DNA of 64,000 nt from Centruroides vittatus. Lineage: Eukaryota. Every line of letters begins with the position of its first letter. Position 1 is the first letter of the stretch. The notes below the pieces were generated by a model. It was given only the letters and a program-made list of their open reading frames with translations, ran no database searches and was not told where the DNA came from. The position numbers were made by a program, and so were the translations under genes. The stretch lies in the NCBI RefSeq assembly GCF_030686945.1, contig NW_027122708.1, positions 5,866,248 to 5,930,247 on the forward strand, read 5' to 3'. Below are positions 48,316 to 62,683 of this stretch, one piece after another.

Positions 48316-49049
48316 AATCCAGAGGACAAATATGTGTATGTATGTATGCATGTACACAAATATAAACATCCAATTAACACAAAATATGCACAAAAACATC
48401 TACGAAATATAAACATTATATATATATATAAAATAATTATTACACACACATACATACACACCATGCCAAGGTAGAAACAAATGCCAGCTGACATGCCATA
48501 GTGGGAACTATATATATGCTGAACTGTCTGCAGCTGGTGCCATAAGTAAGCAAGTATGGTTGTATCATTTATCAAACCTTGTATAAGGGATATATTTTAA
48601 CTTATACAAAATTTTGACTTTATTTTCACTAACGCTTAAAATTTTGACAGTAAAGGATATTTTCAATAAATGACAAATTATTTGTAATAAAATGTCTTGT
48701 AAAAAACAAATTATATGATTTCCTGTGGCAAATCTAACCATATATTGGAGTGTCTAAGGAAGAAAACATACATCTGATGGTAAATAGTTTGTGAAAAAGT
48801 TTTTAACATTTCGATTCCAAACTCCATTTTTAATACTAACTTAATTGAAAATTAATTATATGCTAGAAATATTAAGTACAATGCAATTGTAAATGTGATA
48901 TTCATATTTATAGTTTTATCATAGTTGTGAACCAATCAGCTATTGGCTTCCTTAGTAGTTAAGCAATATGGCATGTTCTAATCAGTCAAATAAAATAACA
49001 GATGTCATTACTAATGTTATATATAAGGATTGCCAAATTGAAAACTGGC

Positions 49050-49700
49050 ATGTCATATTTCATCATGCAAAGTAGTGCTTGATGGGCCACCTTACAGGTG
49101 GGTAAGATCAGCATAGGCAAAACATGGGGTGCACTAAGTATTGGTGGGAATAGATTTTATCTCCAGTAATTGGCAGATTAATGTTAAGTTAGTTATGATG
49201 AAAGCATCCAGAATCAAACAACAGGTGATAGTTCGTTTTTAGAGGCTGAAGGGAATAGAAGTGCCAATATCTATAGACAAATTAAACATGGTTATGGTGA
49301 ACATTGTTTAGAATGAACAGAAGTGAATAATTGGTGCAAGAGTTACAGATAAGGCCACAAGTCAATTCAGAATAAACCGAGACTAGATCAGGTACATGCC
49401 ATAATCTCCATTGCATCATTCACCCATGGACTACATAATCAGAAGTTACAAATGAATTACAACTTGCACTTCAACTTTCACATTTTCAGTCTTCTCAAGA
49501 AAGCTTTGCAAGCGCAAAGATTTATGTTGGATGATGAGGTAAAGAATAGGGTCAAAGAATTTGTTTACCAGTAGCCACCAGAATTCTACATGAGGGGCAT
49601 TGATCTACTTATGAAATGATGGGATCTTTGCCTAAAAAAAGGTGGAAATTTTGTTTAGATTCACAATAAATCTCAGTTCTGACATGTGTCCATTTTTCAT
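49050..49700 (+). pseudogene. Mariner-like transposase remnant (C-terminal part)
   Basis: Translated fragments …LKKALQAQRFMLDDEVKNRVKEFVYQ.PPEFYMRGIDLLMK.WDLCLKKGGNFV match the mariner C-terminal consensus (…kRF..deEvk..v..wf.skp.eFYerGI..L..RW.kCi..nGdY). They contain multiple stops and frameshifts. Confidence 0.5.
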
Positions 49701-51789
49701 TTGGGTAAGCCTTACATTTTGTTACATGTTACATTTCACTTAAAAGCATCCCTGACATAAATTATCCAAGAATATTGTCAGATAGATAGATCGTGTTTTG
49801 GTAGCTGCCTGCATGGAGAGTGAAGACAGAGTGATACTTTTATTGATCGTACAACACAGTTTCTGTGATATGGCTATTACTATAGACTTTCCAATACATG
49901 GTTAGGTTTGTCTCAAGTATATTTGAATTATACAGAGACAAACTATAAGGATATTTACATTAATTGATATATGGCTGAGATAAAGAAAAACAATAAATTT
50001 TAAATTTAATAAATTCAGTAATAGATGAATTATGAAACAGTTTGAAGGATAAGATCTATTTTTACTCACCTTTTGAGAGAAAAGGATTACTAACATTTTG
50101 ATTTAATAAAAATCTGTTTTTACATGAACTTGAAAAATATGTATTAAGTTTTCTTTTTCCAGTTTCTGTAAATTCATAAGATTGAGGCCTAGAAAAATTA
50201 TTTAACTGGATTACTCATAATTAATAGTAATTTCAAAAGTTATTAAAAAGATTTAATGCTAATTGCAATAAGTAATTTGATATCACGGTAACAAAGTTTA
50301 TATGATTAAAAACTACATAGAATAAAAAACTCAAATGACAATCTATACATATCAATCAAAAATATATGACCTTAATCTTTCTAAATAGTAAATTTTAGAT
50401 AAAGAATGTAGACCTGCTTTTCAATTCAAATTACTAATAATTTACAGGAATATCTTACTCAGTGTGGCTTATCTTTAGTATGAGATTCATTATTATTTGG
50501 TTGGTATGAGCCAGAAAATTCAATTAATATAGAATGATTCACTATAATGTGGCCACTACTAACTTAAATATATATATATTATGAGAGAGTTTATAACTTT
50601 TAGTTTTAAAAAGAAATACTTACACTTATGTCAGTGTTTGTTAATAAAATACGGATCATCGCCATTTTTAATGGACAATTAATCAACATTTTAAATTTAT
50701 TTTAATAAAAAGCTACATATTCTTTTCAAAAAGTGCAGAGAAATTTGTACTCATGCATAAGTAATCAGTAATGGTTATTTAGCAATTACTTATGTGCAAT
50801 TACTTAGTGATTAAAATATTACTCACTAAATTATGGTATTAGGAATTTAAATCTTTAAAGAAAAAACTAATGTACTATGCATTTCTGGCAGAAATGTTGC
50901 CAATTTAGGTTAAAAAGAATTGGCAAAACAACTAGTGATGAAACTAGACATCAACTAAATGCCGAAACGCTATCGGCATTTGGTTGGTGTCTAGTTTTAT
51001 AATATATTGGGTTTAGCAATGTTGTTTATATACAACTAGTGATGTTCAATTTAGTCTTTCAGTCCTAATTACCTATCCATTAACTTTTTCTCATGCATCT
51101 TTTTTAAAAGATCTGCTTAAGATTAATTTTTAATAATGATCCAAATGAAAAACTCAGCATTTTATGCAAGAGAATGTAAGTTGGTACAACTGAGAACTTC
51201 ATGCAGTGAAGGAGGAGAGATGAGTCCAAACATTTCATTAAAAGAAAAATAAATTATTCACATATTTAAAAATTTAGTTGCAAAGTAAAGTAATAAAACT
51301 TTAGGTTTAAAAAGTAAAAAGATGGTATCTTTTATTTCTCCTCTTGTAGTATTTTAATGATCTTTTCATGGCAGGCAACACAATGTTGACCATCACTCGA
51401 CTTGAGTGACATCAAACTGAGTCAACCTTATTCTTTCTTGTCAATGTGCTGGCACAGCATAGTTGTCCCCACCTCACAACCTAGTATATTTCTTTTGTGT
51501 GTTTGTATGTTTTATGTAATTAGTAGACACAAGTAATAAATATCTGGAATTCATTCAGAAAATACACTATTATTTGATTTGTTTTTCTACTATGGCAATG
51601 ATAGTGCAATACATGCAGATGAGAACAGATTAAAAAGTGTACACAATCTCATCCAAGCATGTACTTGCCACCACAATGCCTCTGTGACCGTCGGCCATAT
51701 TGTATATATATATTTTATTGTATATAGTTGTAATCCTATCTTATTTTTGCCATTTCCTCCTTCCTTTGTCTATTCTTTCTTAAACTTTC

Positions 51790-52330
51790 CATGACCGTTA
51801 TCGCCGTGGGGCTGGATTAGCAGTTCTGAGAATCGGTAGGGACAATAGCAGGTAGTGTGGCCTGGGGAAAAAGTGGCTAAGAGAGGGGTCACTTTTCGAC
51901 TAGATACAAAGAGAGACGGATGGCAAAAGCGAGGCTCGATCGTGATTTCCGAGAGAGGAAAGAAGTGCGATAGTCGAGTGAAGAGCCGAAATATAGAGAC
52001 CGGCATATTGGAGAACCCCGATAATTGAGAGAAGAAAGGATAGTGAAGAAAGCCACTATCGTCGGATCAAAGTATCAATACATATCTGCCGAAAAAGAGA
52101 AAACCCCGGGTGAATCATCCCTTCATTTCTTCTGCCTTTCTGCTGCCCTATCTTTCTTATCTTTCCTTAATATTAAGTTAGATTTAAGCTAGATTTAAGT
52201 TAGGTTAGTCACGCGTTTACGAGGGACCGATTGTTACGCGCTTAAAAATTAACACACCTTGAATTGTAAATCAGTTGGGATTCCTTAACAACAAGAACCT
52301 TATTTGTTCTAAGTGGAATAAAGGAACATT
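51790..52330 (+). repeat. Copy 1 of a diverged roughly 500-bp direct repeat (partner at 56940..57480)
   Basis: It shares ggaaaaaagtggctaagagaggggtcactttt…gagag…aagttagatttaagctagatttaagttaggttag with the partner, at about 65-70% identity. Confidence 0.45.
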
Positions 52331-54142
52331 GTTTATTATTGTAGTCGTTGCAGTGTCCTTTTCTGTACGTTTCATTCGCGGGCCGTACTGCCACACTCTT
52401 ATAGAACACCACACCTCAATCTGTTATCAAATCAGTTCAAATTATCCTTCAAGCAAAAACAAAATAATCTCTGTTCAAACAACTTTTCATTTTTTCCTAT
52501 TAAATGTATTTCCTGATTAGTGTGAATTTAATCAATATAATAATTTTCTGGAATGCATTAACCATACTAACCTGGCTTTTCCTGTAATCATTATTTTGTA
52601 AACAGTATTACATGTTAGCATATCAAATATTGCTTCATGGTATTCTGGTTCCATATTATCTGTTATTCAGGTAGCCAACTATTTAAATTTACTATGAAGA
52701 AATATTTTCATCCTGCTTTAGGACAACTTCAGCTTCCTCACAAATACAAGTCACTGTTCAAACCAAATTTGAAATTTCAAACTGTTTTTGAGAATTGAAC
52801 GATATTTAAAATGACACATTTTCATTCTAATTTGTAAAAATAAACCAAACTCATGCACAGTATTAACCTTGCTTCCCAGATCAATTGAAAGTATTAATTT
52901 TTCACTCTTTTTCTTATATAAAACTACCTCCTTCACTCTTCAGTCCTGTAAGCATTCAATTATATTTTCCTAATTTCTTGATTCCAGTACTCCCATCCAT
53001 CTGGTCCATCCATCCAGTTTTATTGCATATTAATGATGTTAAGATGATTTTAAAAAAGCACCTTAACATCATTCTCAGCAGGACACAATAAAACTGTTTT
53101 TGAAAGTTCAAATTTGGTTTGAACAGTGACTTACTCATGAAAAAGCTAAAGCTGTCCTAAAGTAGAATCACTTCCTGAAGTAGATCACTTATTTATAAAA
53201 TTCATTTTACCAAGTGTTGGGTGTTGCATAGTTCTTGTAATCATTTTTATTATTTTCTTTTTATTCATTTTTCTTGTGATTTTATGGTGAATATGTTTGT
53301 TTTTTTGGGGAGTCCAATAACTATGTTATGGCATTGCCTGCAATTTAGACATTTAAAAAGAAGTGGTCCAAAATTTCATGTTTTACTATTATTTCACAAT
53401 TACAATAAAATACAAGAACGTAATCAGTAAAAAAATATCTTTTTTACTAACCATTTATGACAATTTACGATGTTTCAAAACATTTAAGCTAAATACACAT
53501 TCTATGTTTTGAAATTTAGCATAAATTCAGTTGATTTTGTTGGAATTCAAATCTTGTCATCACCAGGTGGCATTGTAGAATCCCTTTCCTTAATACAGAC
53601 TGTTTCCACATGTTGCTAAATTCAGCAGTGCTGAAGCAGAAGCTGCATGCATCCAAGTAATAATTTTACAACAAATGCTACAGTGATGACAAAACAACAC
53701 GGTGTCTGTCCAGTTAACTTTGTTGTACAGTGAAATTATAACTATTTAATGTTAATAGATGTAAATGTGGTCTTTTTTCCAATGTTCCTTGATGAAAGAT
53801 AATGAATTTAACTAGAATGCAAAAGTATTTTAATGCTCAATTAAGCTCAACAAGAGTAAATACATCAAACAAGTGTTTAAATTCTTATGTATTTATTTTT
53901 TATTTAACAGATTGATAATTCTTGATTATAATGTTACTTTTCAATCTTTGAGTCCATCTATGAGCACAGCCACTTTGATAAAGCAAAAGAAAACCTTCCG
54001 AGGCTGCTGTAAGTTATACTCTCAAACCAGACATTCGCTTTACATTCAGTGTAACAGTGATCTTATTAGCAACAATTTTGCTTTAAGATTCCTGCAGCAT
54101 CTTCAGCACTGATGAATTTAGCAACAATTCAATTGTCTTAAA

Positions 54143-55004
54143 TCAGTGGTGTGCAAACTACTTTCATTTCCGACCCCCATTTTGTGTAAAATTTTGTCGC
54201 AACCTCTGGATAGATAGTAAACGTTTTTTTTAACACATTAACTGCCATCCAACGTGCTGGCGGTCATACTAATTAGGGCCATACAGAGCCATCCGACCAC
54301 CCAATGTCACCATAACCTATGTAGTTTCACTATGACCGCCGGCCGTCGAACCACTTCATGAAACCATACGACAGCTGGCAGTCAGAGCCAACTTTATAGA
54401 TGTGTGCAAAAGGCCACCACTAGGATGTAAAACAATGTCTTACAAAGCCAGGATAATTTAACCTTGAGTGAAACTACATTGGTTATAGTGACGTCGGCAG
54501 TCGGATGGCTCTGTACGGCTCTAATTAGTACGACCACCAACGTGTTGAATGGCAGTTAACATGTTAATCATCAACGTAGTTAAAGTGAAATTCTTTCTGG
54601 GATTTGCACTTATGTTTCTGCCTTATTAAAGGTCTGAATAAAACACATAATTTTACAAAACAATGGTTTTATTTATGCATATAGGTATAAATATTTATTT
54701 AATGAAAAATACTTTTAAAAAACTTTACATCATAACAATTCAATGTGAGGTATGCACTTGCTCATGATTGCTTCTATGTTTGGATCTGTATTGGAAATTG
54801 CAAGCCATAAGTCATTCTCTGTATTAGGTACTAATACAGACAATTGTTTTCATAAAAAAATATAGTTCTATTTTTATAAATAATATAATTCCATTTCACT
54901 ATTTTACTGGTACCTGATACTTGTTGAAGAAAGAGCCCTATGTTTTTTATTGTCAAATAAATTTCTTTGAATTTGGAAACCCTGAAAAATTTTCCGCACA
55001 CCAC
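54143..55004. mobile_element. Possible Tc1/mariner-type non-autonomous element with CAGTGGTGTGCAAA-like termini and an internal 95-bp inverted repeat (54238-54332 and 54468-54560)
   Basis: The 5' end is cagtggtgtgcaaactac. The 3' region is ttttccgcacaccactat, which matches the reverse complement imperfectly. The internal IR is exact over about 90 bp. Confidence 0.4.
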
Positions 55005-55240
55005 TATTTTAGATTACTATTACAGCTTGGTGTGTATCTGTGAATGTTGGGAAAGAAGATCTGTGTACATTCTATGTCTTTGCAGACATTTAATAAATCT
55101 GCATACACAATCTATATAAATAAAAATGAACATGTTCGTTTGTTCTTAATAGCTAATCTCCATAAGTTCTTCACCGATTGCTTTGAAATTTTGACACAAC
55201 ATTGCATCTGAATACGCGTGTGTTTTTATATAATATAGAT

Positions 55241-55480
55241 GTCGAAATTCCCTTTCCCCCCGCAGTGGAGAGAGACAGGATTAAGGCTTACCATAAAGAA
55301 CTGAGCTTCTATTATACTATTTTAGATGCGGTTTTTTGCATTTTTGACCGAGTTTTAATAGGGTATGTCAAGAGAATGTACACTAAGAAGGGATTTTTCG
55401 AAATTCCCTCCATGGGGGAAGTGTTATACATTTATAATAGATACATTTTGAGCCACAGCAATGCATGGCAGGTACTGCTA
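55241..55480 (+). repeat. Copy B (about 1.3 tandem units) of the 165-bp repeat family
   Basis: cgaaattccc… appears twice, 165 bp apart. It matches 31501-31700. Confidence 0.6.
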
Positions 55481-56939
55481 GTAATTAATAAATTGCTTAC
55501 TTAAAGTAGCAATATTCATTTTTAGTTTACAGGACTAGAGAACTAGTTTTTTCTTTCCTTCAAAATGCCACTCAATACCTAACAGAAAATATCTTATAAT
55601 TCTTTCTAATCTATATGTATACTGTAGTTTATTAACAATTGAATATATTTTACCATTATAAATCAATAAGATTATAATCTGATTCTATAAAAAGTCTTTT
55701 GAAATAGAATTAATTCAAAAACGAATCAAAACTGATAAAAAAATATTTTACATTTAATAAATCTATATTAGTAAATAAAAATAATCACAACCTTAACACA
55801 ACTTATATTGAATATTCTAATAAATATTCAATTTAAATTGAATATTTATTAGAAATATTACATTATAGATATTAGATAATATAATATCTATATATAATTT
55901 GCATAATATATAATAATAATAAAATATTATTATACTCCAAAACCAGAATTAAAATTGACATTTCTATTTTAAAGGTCAAAAAATAATTTTAAATTGAATT
56001 TGTAATTTATTTGAAAATTCATATTTGGTTTTAATTTGTTTGTTTAGTTCTGCATTATATGTATTATACCTGAAAATGTTACAAACAGCACTTTTACTAA
56101 CATCTTCATCTGTTTGTAACAGATGAAAAGATAAATGTTAGTATAAGTACTATTTTGGGTTAATTTATGCTGGTTTTAGATGTGTGTCTGTGTTTACAAA
56201 ATATAATAATTTATTAAGCTAAATATAGTACATGTTGGTGAAATGGTTTTATTAATTTTAAAATATCATTTAACTTACTTTAAATTACTTTGAAAGATAT
56301 TACTTGATGTTGTTTTTATACTTAAAGAGCCAAGACTTTTGTTGACTGAATGAAGTTCAGAAAATGATGACGATAGCTTAGGATGAGGAATGCCACTGTA
56401 AGATTCTAATATATGATTCTTTGTGTCTACAAGAAAGGTTTTAGCTTTTTTTTCATCTTTTGAATTCATTTTTAGGAACTTCAGAAAATAATTTATCTGA
56501 AAATATATATTCAATAAAACAATTTATATAAATAATAATGAAAATACAATAATTACAGTTGCTTAAATTATATGAAAATAATTGACAAGAATGGGGGAAA
56601 CGATTAAATATTAATTTTCATAACTAATCACAAATGTCAAGTTGATAGTTTGTGGCTGTGAATGAATTTTGTAATTTAATTGAGAAATAAACATGTAAGG
56701 AGACCGAATTTTTAAAAGTGAAAAACTTTTTTTTACTTTTTTCCATTGAAAAAAGCTATCATTTATTTCATTTGAAAAACATGAATGAAATCCTAGCTAA
56801 TAACTATATTGATTTCATAAGTCCATTTATCGATGTCTCTCTGCATTACATCATTGAACTTGTGGCTTGGTTGAGCCTTGTTTTTCTTTGTTTCTCTTTC
56901 TTCCATCATTTTTCTTTCAAAAACTTCATTTCCGACCTT

Positions 56940-57480
56940 TGTTCTCTTGACCTCACCATGATTGGTCGATTCAATGGTCCAATGGATCTCTGGGAAAAAA
57001 GGAGTCACACCGGATTAGTCAAAGCGGACTGGCACAAGAGGAGAGGGAGAGGAAAGCAGAAAAAATCGTCACCTTTTAGAGAGAAGAGCTGGGAAGGAGA
57101 AGACCTAGATGTCAGTGAGTACGAAAAGAAGACCCCTCTAGAATAACGGACTCAAGGTTTATTTTTGTCAGTCACCCCTTTTGACCCTTCTCTTTTTCTA
57201 TCAAAAATCAAATCTTCTAATTCTTATCAACCCCATCTTGATATAGGGCCTTTATTTTGTAAATTTAGTAAAGTTATAGTTAAGCTAGATATAAGTTAGA
57301 ATAAGTCCTTTGTTTTGTCAGCATGTGGGGATCAATCGGTAATATTGTTACAGGTGGTCCCAAGTATCTTTGTACTTTCCTAGTTCATAAGTGTGTACAA
57401 TTGAAACTATCAGTAATAACTGTAAATAATAAACTTTTAATTTTATCAACGCCGAGCAATTCTTCGGACTCTGTTATTTG
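56940..57480 (+). repeat. Copy 2 of the diverged 500-bp direct repeat
   Basis: See 51790..52330. Confidence 0.45.
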
Positions 57481-60014
57481 CTCTCAGCTACAAACTGAAT
57501 TTGTACAGAATTATTCAATATTTTTAATGCTTCTGGATTCTGAAAATGTAGGAGTGAAAAATTATTTTAAAAAATTTTATTTTTAAAATTAGTATCAAAA
57601 TATCTGACTATTGAAGACAATGGATGGTAGCTATCTCAATCAAAAAATATATTTAAAAAAATCGATACTGGTGTTTAAAGCTTTAAATATTCCAATATGT
57701 TGACTTATAACTTATTATTCAAAAGTTTATTCTAATAAAATATTAGCAGTTTTCAATTCAAAATTATAATAAAAACTATAAGCATTATAAAGTAAGTCAA
57801 ATATTATCAGTATTCAGATTCTTATTTGAGGAAAATATGTCTTTAATACTGTTAGAAAACATTTTCAAATAATGTTGTATTTAATGAAAACAAACAAAAA
57901 TAAAACTGTATATTTTTCTAAGCATAAAGAAATTTTTTTTTATGATGATTATGTACTCAGTGAATTTTTTTCAGTATGAACTACAGAATCCAATTATCTG
58001 AGCCTGATTAACCAAGGTTCAACATTATCTGAAAAAACCTGTTAAGTGAATACATTACTTTTCTTATAATTTATAAAAACTTTGCTATGAATGCACCAAA
58101 CATAAATACTGTAGTACTTTTAACCTTGACAGTATAGAATGAGTGGCTGATTCTGAAGTGACTTTTTTAAACCCTTTCTGCTTTGGGGGCACTAAGGAGG
58201 CCTTTTTTCCATGCTTGTCATGGATTTGGCTAGGCCCACAATGAGGACAGCTGCATGATGAGGTACAGAGCCTGACATATCTGGAACAAACCATCCATAA
58301 AAAATGATGTGGGGCAACTGTAGAACATTGCAAAGGAAATAACTGCTATAAAAACAAAAACTAAAAGAATTTTTTAAAGAAAATTTAAAATGATAACATG
58401 TTTTACAAAATGATTTGTTTCTGTTACCTTTTATCATTTAACTTCAATCCAAGATAAATTATTCATATTAAAACATGTAACTACAATAATTAAATCTACC
58501 CAAACTGGTAATATAAACACAACACCAAAATGTTCAATATACAACACTATAACGATGCACATGTTTATTCTTAAAACTACTGTACATATTAGCTGTGTAA
58601 TGAATGATGCAAAAATTGTTCTTATGTATGATTCAATTCACTAAGGTATAAAAAAGGGCTTAAAAGTAATACCATATAAATCTTCTATATTCATAATTTT
58701 TAATTCAAAATGGCTATGGCTGCACATATTTTCACTTATCTGTCCACATTACCTCAGATAACTGACATTTCACCATACTTAAATTTTTATTATAGACTTC
58801 AATAGTGCTATTCTCATTTAAATCAGAGAGAAATAAAATACACACTTACCAGCAATACTTTTTACAATCCAGGATAAAAATATTTTTAGTCAAGGCAAAT
58901 ATTTTTGGAATTTAGCATTTCAGTCTCAGATCCTGACTAAAAATATGTTCATCCTGGCTTCAAAAAAAGTATAATATTAAGTATTTGTTTTATTGTACTA
59001 TTTGTTTTCAATTTATAGTTTTAAATATTGATTTTTGTTTATACAAAGTATTTTTTCATATAATTTAAAAAATATTAAAAGACAGAAAATTTATTCTCTT
59101 TGATTTACAGTGATTGCTTTTATAAATTGCTAAACTTTATGTCCTCCAATGATGATACTGGAAAATAATCATCATCATTTTTACATTTATACAATAATTT
59201 ACCACATCTTTATTTACTCTTTTTGAAATGAAAAATCACTAATAAAAATTTTTTTCAGAAGTCTTAATGATATCAGAGAATATTCACAGTGCAAGGAAAT
59301 GAAGAAAAATTTATTTCTTTCAAAAGGTGATGAATTTAATTTACAAAGATAAACTGGATGACAAAACTCTGAAAACACTAAGTTTTTGGTAATATATTAT
59401 TATTAAATCAGAAGAAAACAAAACTATAAAATACTATAAAGTTATAAATAAATAAATATCCAAAAGATTATGCAAAGAAAATATGAAATTATCTAATATG
59501 ACAGGGGTGGGCAAGTAAGAGTTCAGTGGGAGCCGAAATGTAGGTTTTGCAAAATGCATGCGAGCCGCAGTTCTGTACTGTCGTGGCGGATAGTATGGTA
59601 AGGCACGTGATTTTATTATATAATATAAATATAATATAAAGCAAATATTGAATTTTTTTAATGAACATATTTTCACAAAATTGTAAAAATAATAATAAAA
59701 CAGAAATTAACACTTTCAGCAAGAGTGGCACGTAACTCAAAAAGAGCTGCATTTGCCCATGCCTGTAATATGACTTCTGCATGTAATTGCACTTGCTATG
59801 CAAAAAAATAGTAATAATGGTACTTTTATATGCAGTAGAAAGGCAATATTAATCTTCAGTTCTTGACAAGTAACTTTACATGCAGTTTCTAGTTTCTTGG
59901 AACATAAACATTCTAAAAAATAAAATAAAACTAGTGTTTTCATCCTAGCTGAGGCAGCCTGAAAAAACTAGGGATTTTGAAAGTTTTTGTGAATCTGTCA
60001 CATGCCAAAATCAC

Positions 60015-60720
60015 ACTCTATAGCAGTGGTTCTTAACCTTCTTATAATTGCAGCCCACCAAATATTTCATAATTTTTTCGTGGCCCCCATTTTTTAAATA
60101 ATAATTTATTTTTGTTAAATTATCTATAATAAATTGATTTTTTTTATTACTGCTTTATTTTTTTATATAATAAATGTAAATCATAACTTTATTATTTCAT
60201 TATCTATTTAAATAACATTCAAACTTCACAATTAAACACGAAAACTCATTAATTTTTAACAAAAAATAAAATAAGAAACATGTCAATAAATTGATCCACA
60301 GTTGATGCTAAAACTAAAAACTCCCATAACTTGTTGTAAAGATTTTGCATATGTTTTGCAAAAATATTTAAATTTTCAAAGCCTACTACTAAGCCTACTA
60401 TTTTTCCTAATTATTTTTAAAATTCCAAGCATTAATAGTTTCTTAGAAATGCTTTGGAATAAAAGAAGTAAATACTGCGGTGTAAGTAGCATATTTGCAT
60501 TACTTCTTCTGTACTAACAAAGTTGTATGTAGGAAGAAATAAAAAAAACTAAATAGGAAAACTTTATCTTTCTTATTTCACTTTTCAATACGATATTCGG
60601 TTATTCATCAATTTTCTTTATTATATTCTGAAGGAAATTTTGCATAATTTGGCGACTCCCCGGCAAACTTCTTATGGACCCTCAGGGGGCCGTGGCCCCA
60701 TTAAGAATCACTGCTCTATA
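60015..60720. mobile_element. Roughly 700-bp non-autonomous element with TAGCAGTGGTTCTTAACC-type TIRs
   Basis: The 5' end is ctatagcagtggttcttaacc. The 3' end is ttaagaatcactgctctatag. A sub-terminal repeat cgtggccccc…ggggccgtggcccc is present. Confidence 0.65.
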
Positions 60721-62683
60721 GGATATAAAGAATTATTAATTCTTGTAATTTTTTTTTTCCTATAGATAAGTATTACAATATATAAAAAGTTAATTATTAT
60801 ATATAGTATAATATACTATTACTCTGCATTCTGATTTTTTCCTACTAGTGAACAGTCTAGTAAGAAAAGCCATTATTATACACTTATTATTGTGATAAAG
60901 AGAATGAAGATCGAATAAATGCTTAAACATGCCACAAGTTTTGTCTACAATCTTTATAAAAATTGTCTTTTAATTTCTGTCTTTGCATTCCAAAATCAGC
61001 CTTTCCTAGGTATTAAGTCAACCTCGTCTATAATCTGAGTTTGACAGGCATGCAAATGTTGACATAAAGCCAAATTAACACTCAAGCTTATTTTATGTAA
61101 GATATTTTTCATCAGTCTCACGACTTCCTTGCAAGACATTTTCTAATTTCAAGTTTACTATCAGCAAAAAGCAATTCATAAAAATCCAGTTATTGTTATC
61201 AAATTAAAATACAGAATTCTATATTTACAGCAGGCAGTTTCGATATGATACAAAATAAATTAAAAAAAAAAAAAAAAAAAACGCAATTCTGCTTAACTAT
61301 AGAATACAAAATTTAGAATTTGATTAATTAAAGATGACAATCATAACATAATAGTTCCTTTTATTTAGCAAAACACTAACCTGTTAACTGAAAACATCAA
61401 TTCTTATTGTCAGCTGAACTACTCTAATGCTTGCTTACATCTATATATAAGTTACACCAGTAATGTGTGCTACTGTGTTGCTATTGGTGATGCAAGTATT
61501 GCATCATCAATAGCAACACAATCTTATCTACTTCCATTATACGTAATATATAAGTTTATTTAAATATATATTAAGTAATTTCGTAAAAACTTAAATATTC
61601 TATGTTTTGTTCTGTTTTCCACATAAATAATAAAAAGCGAGAAACGTTTTAATTGTTTAAAGTTCTACATATTTCGCGCCCACGAATCTCCTTGTACAGT
61701 ACCGTAGTAACACCCCGTCTTCTATGACGTCACACCAGGGGAGTAGTACCGATTGTTCTTTTCCCACTATAGTACTTTTCTGTCCCGTAATTGGTTAATA
61801 AGTTTATGACGTCAGATAGTTAAACTAAGCAGGGTCTCCTCACGGCTCACGTGAAAGCAGTGAAAATGGAAAATAACGAAAGTAAAGAACGCAAGTTCCA
61901 CGAATATTGAATATGATAGTGTGAGAACGAGAGTTTGAAAAAGAACATTTTCTAAATATTTCAGAATATTTTTAAAGCAGAAAAAAACGACAGGAAGTTT
62001 ATCTTTTTTATCATTGCACACTTCCTATGAATCAGAGGAAGAGAGAAGTTAAGCCTGGACTCCACATTATCTGAAAACAGAACTGAAACATACAGCGTTT
62101 TCATTTCAGTTCTGTTTTCGGTTTTTTTTTTTTTTTACCTTGACGCTTACGTGGAAATGCGCCATCTGTTGATCAGTTCTGTAAGTGTCGTAAAGAGTCA
62201 AACATGGACGACGCTACGGATTTTGCCATGCTTTTTCTGCATTTATTAACAATGAAATTGTTAATAATCTTTGAATTATTTACATTTTTTGTCGTACATT
62301 ATTTACATCGCGTTTTATGTAAATTAACTAAGTTTTTTACTATTTTTATTTTTAATATTTCTGTAGCATTACACTGAGGAGGGGCTTGAACGCTACATAG
62401 GCCCAGACGTCTGCATTTTCTAACTTCTTTGATGAATAATTCTAAATTATTTGTTTCCTCGTTCTTTTCGCTACACTTTCTGCCATTACGACAATCAAAC
62501 TACACGTGACTACGCTTCACAAATCCTTGCGTTTTTATTGTCTGCAGCACGCCAAACCGAAAGTTTAGTAGGAAATGAACGAATCGTTCTCAAATCCGAT
62601 TGGTCCTCTGGTTTATAAAAGGTGAAAGTAATTTTTCATACGTGCCTTCAGTCATAGTTCAACATGCTACTAGCCACTAAGAA

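Noticed and set aside
56718-57146. 142-aa ORF (+) and the overlapping 71-aa ORF (-)
   Set aside because: It has low-complexity, lysine- and arginine-rich translation inside one copy of the 500-bp direct repeat. There are no recognisable domains or splice context, so it is treated as non-coding.
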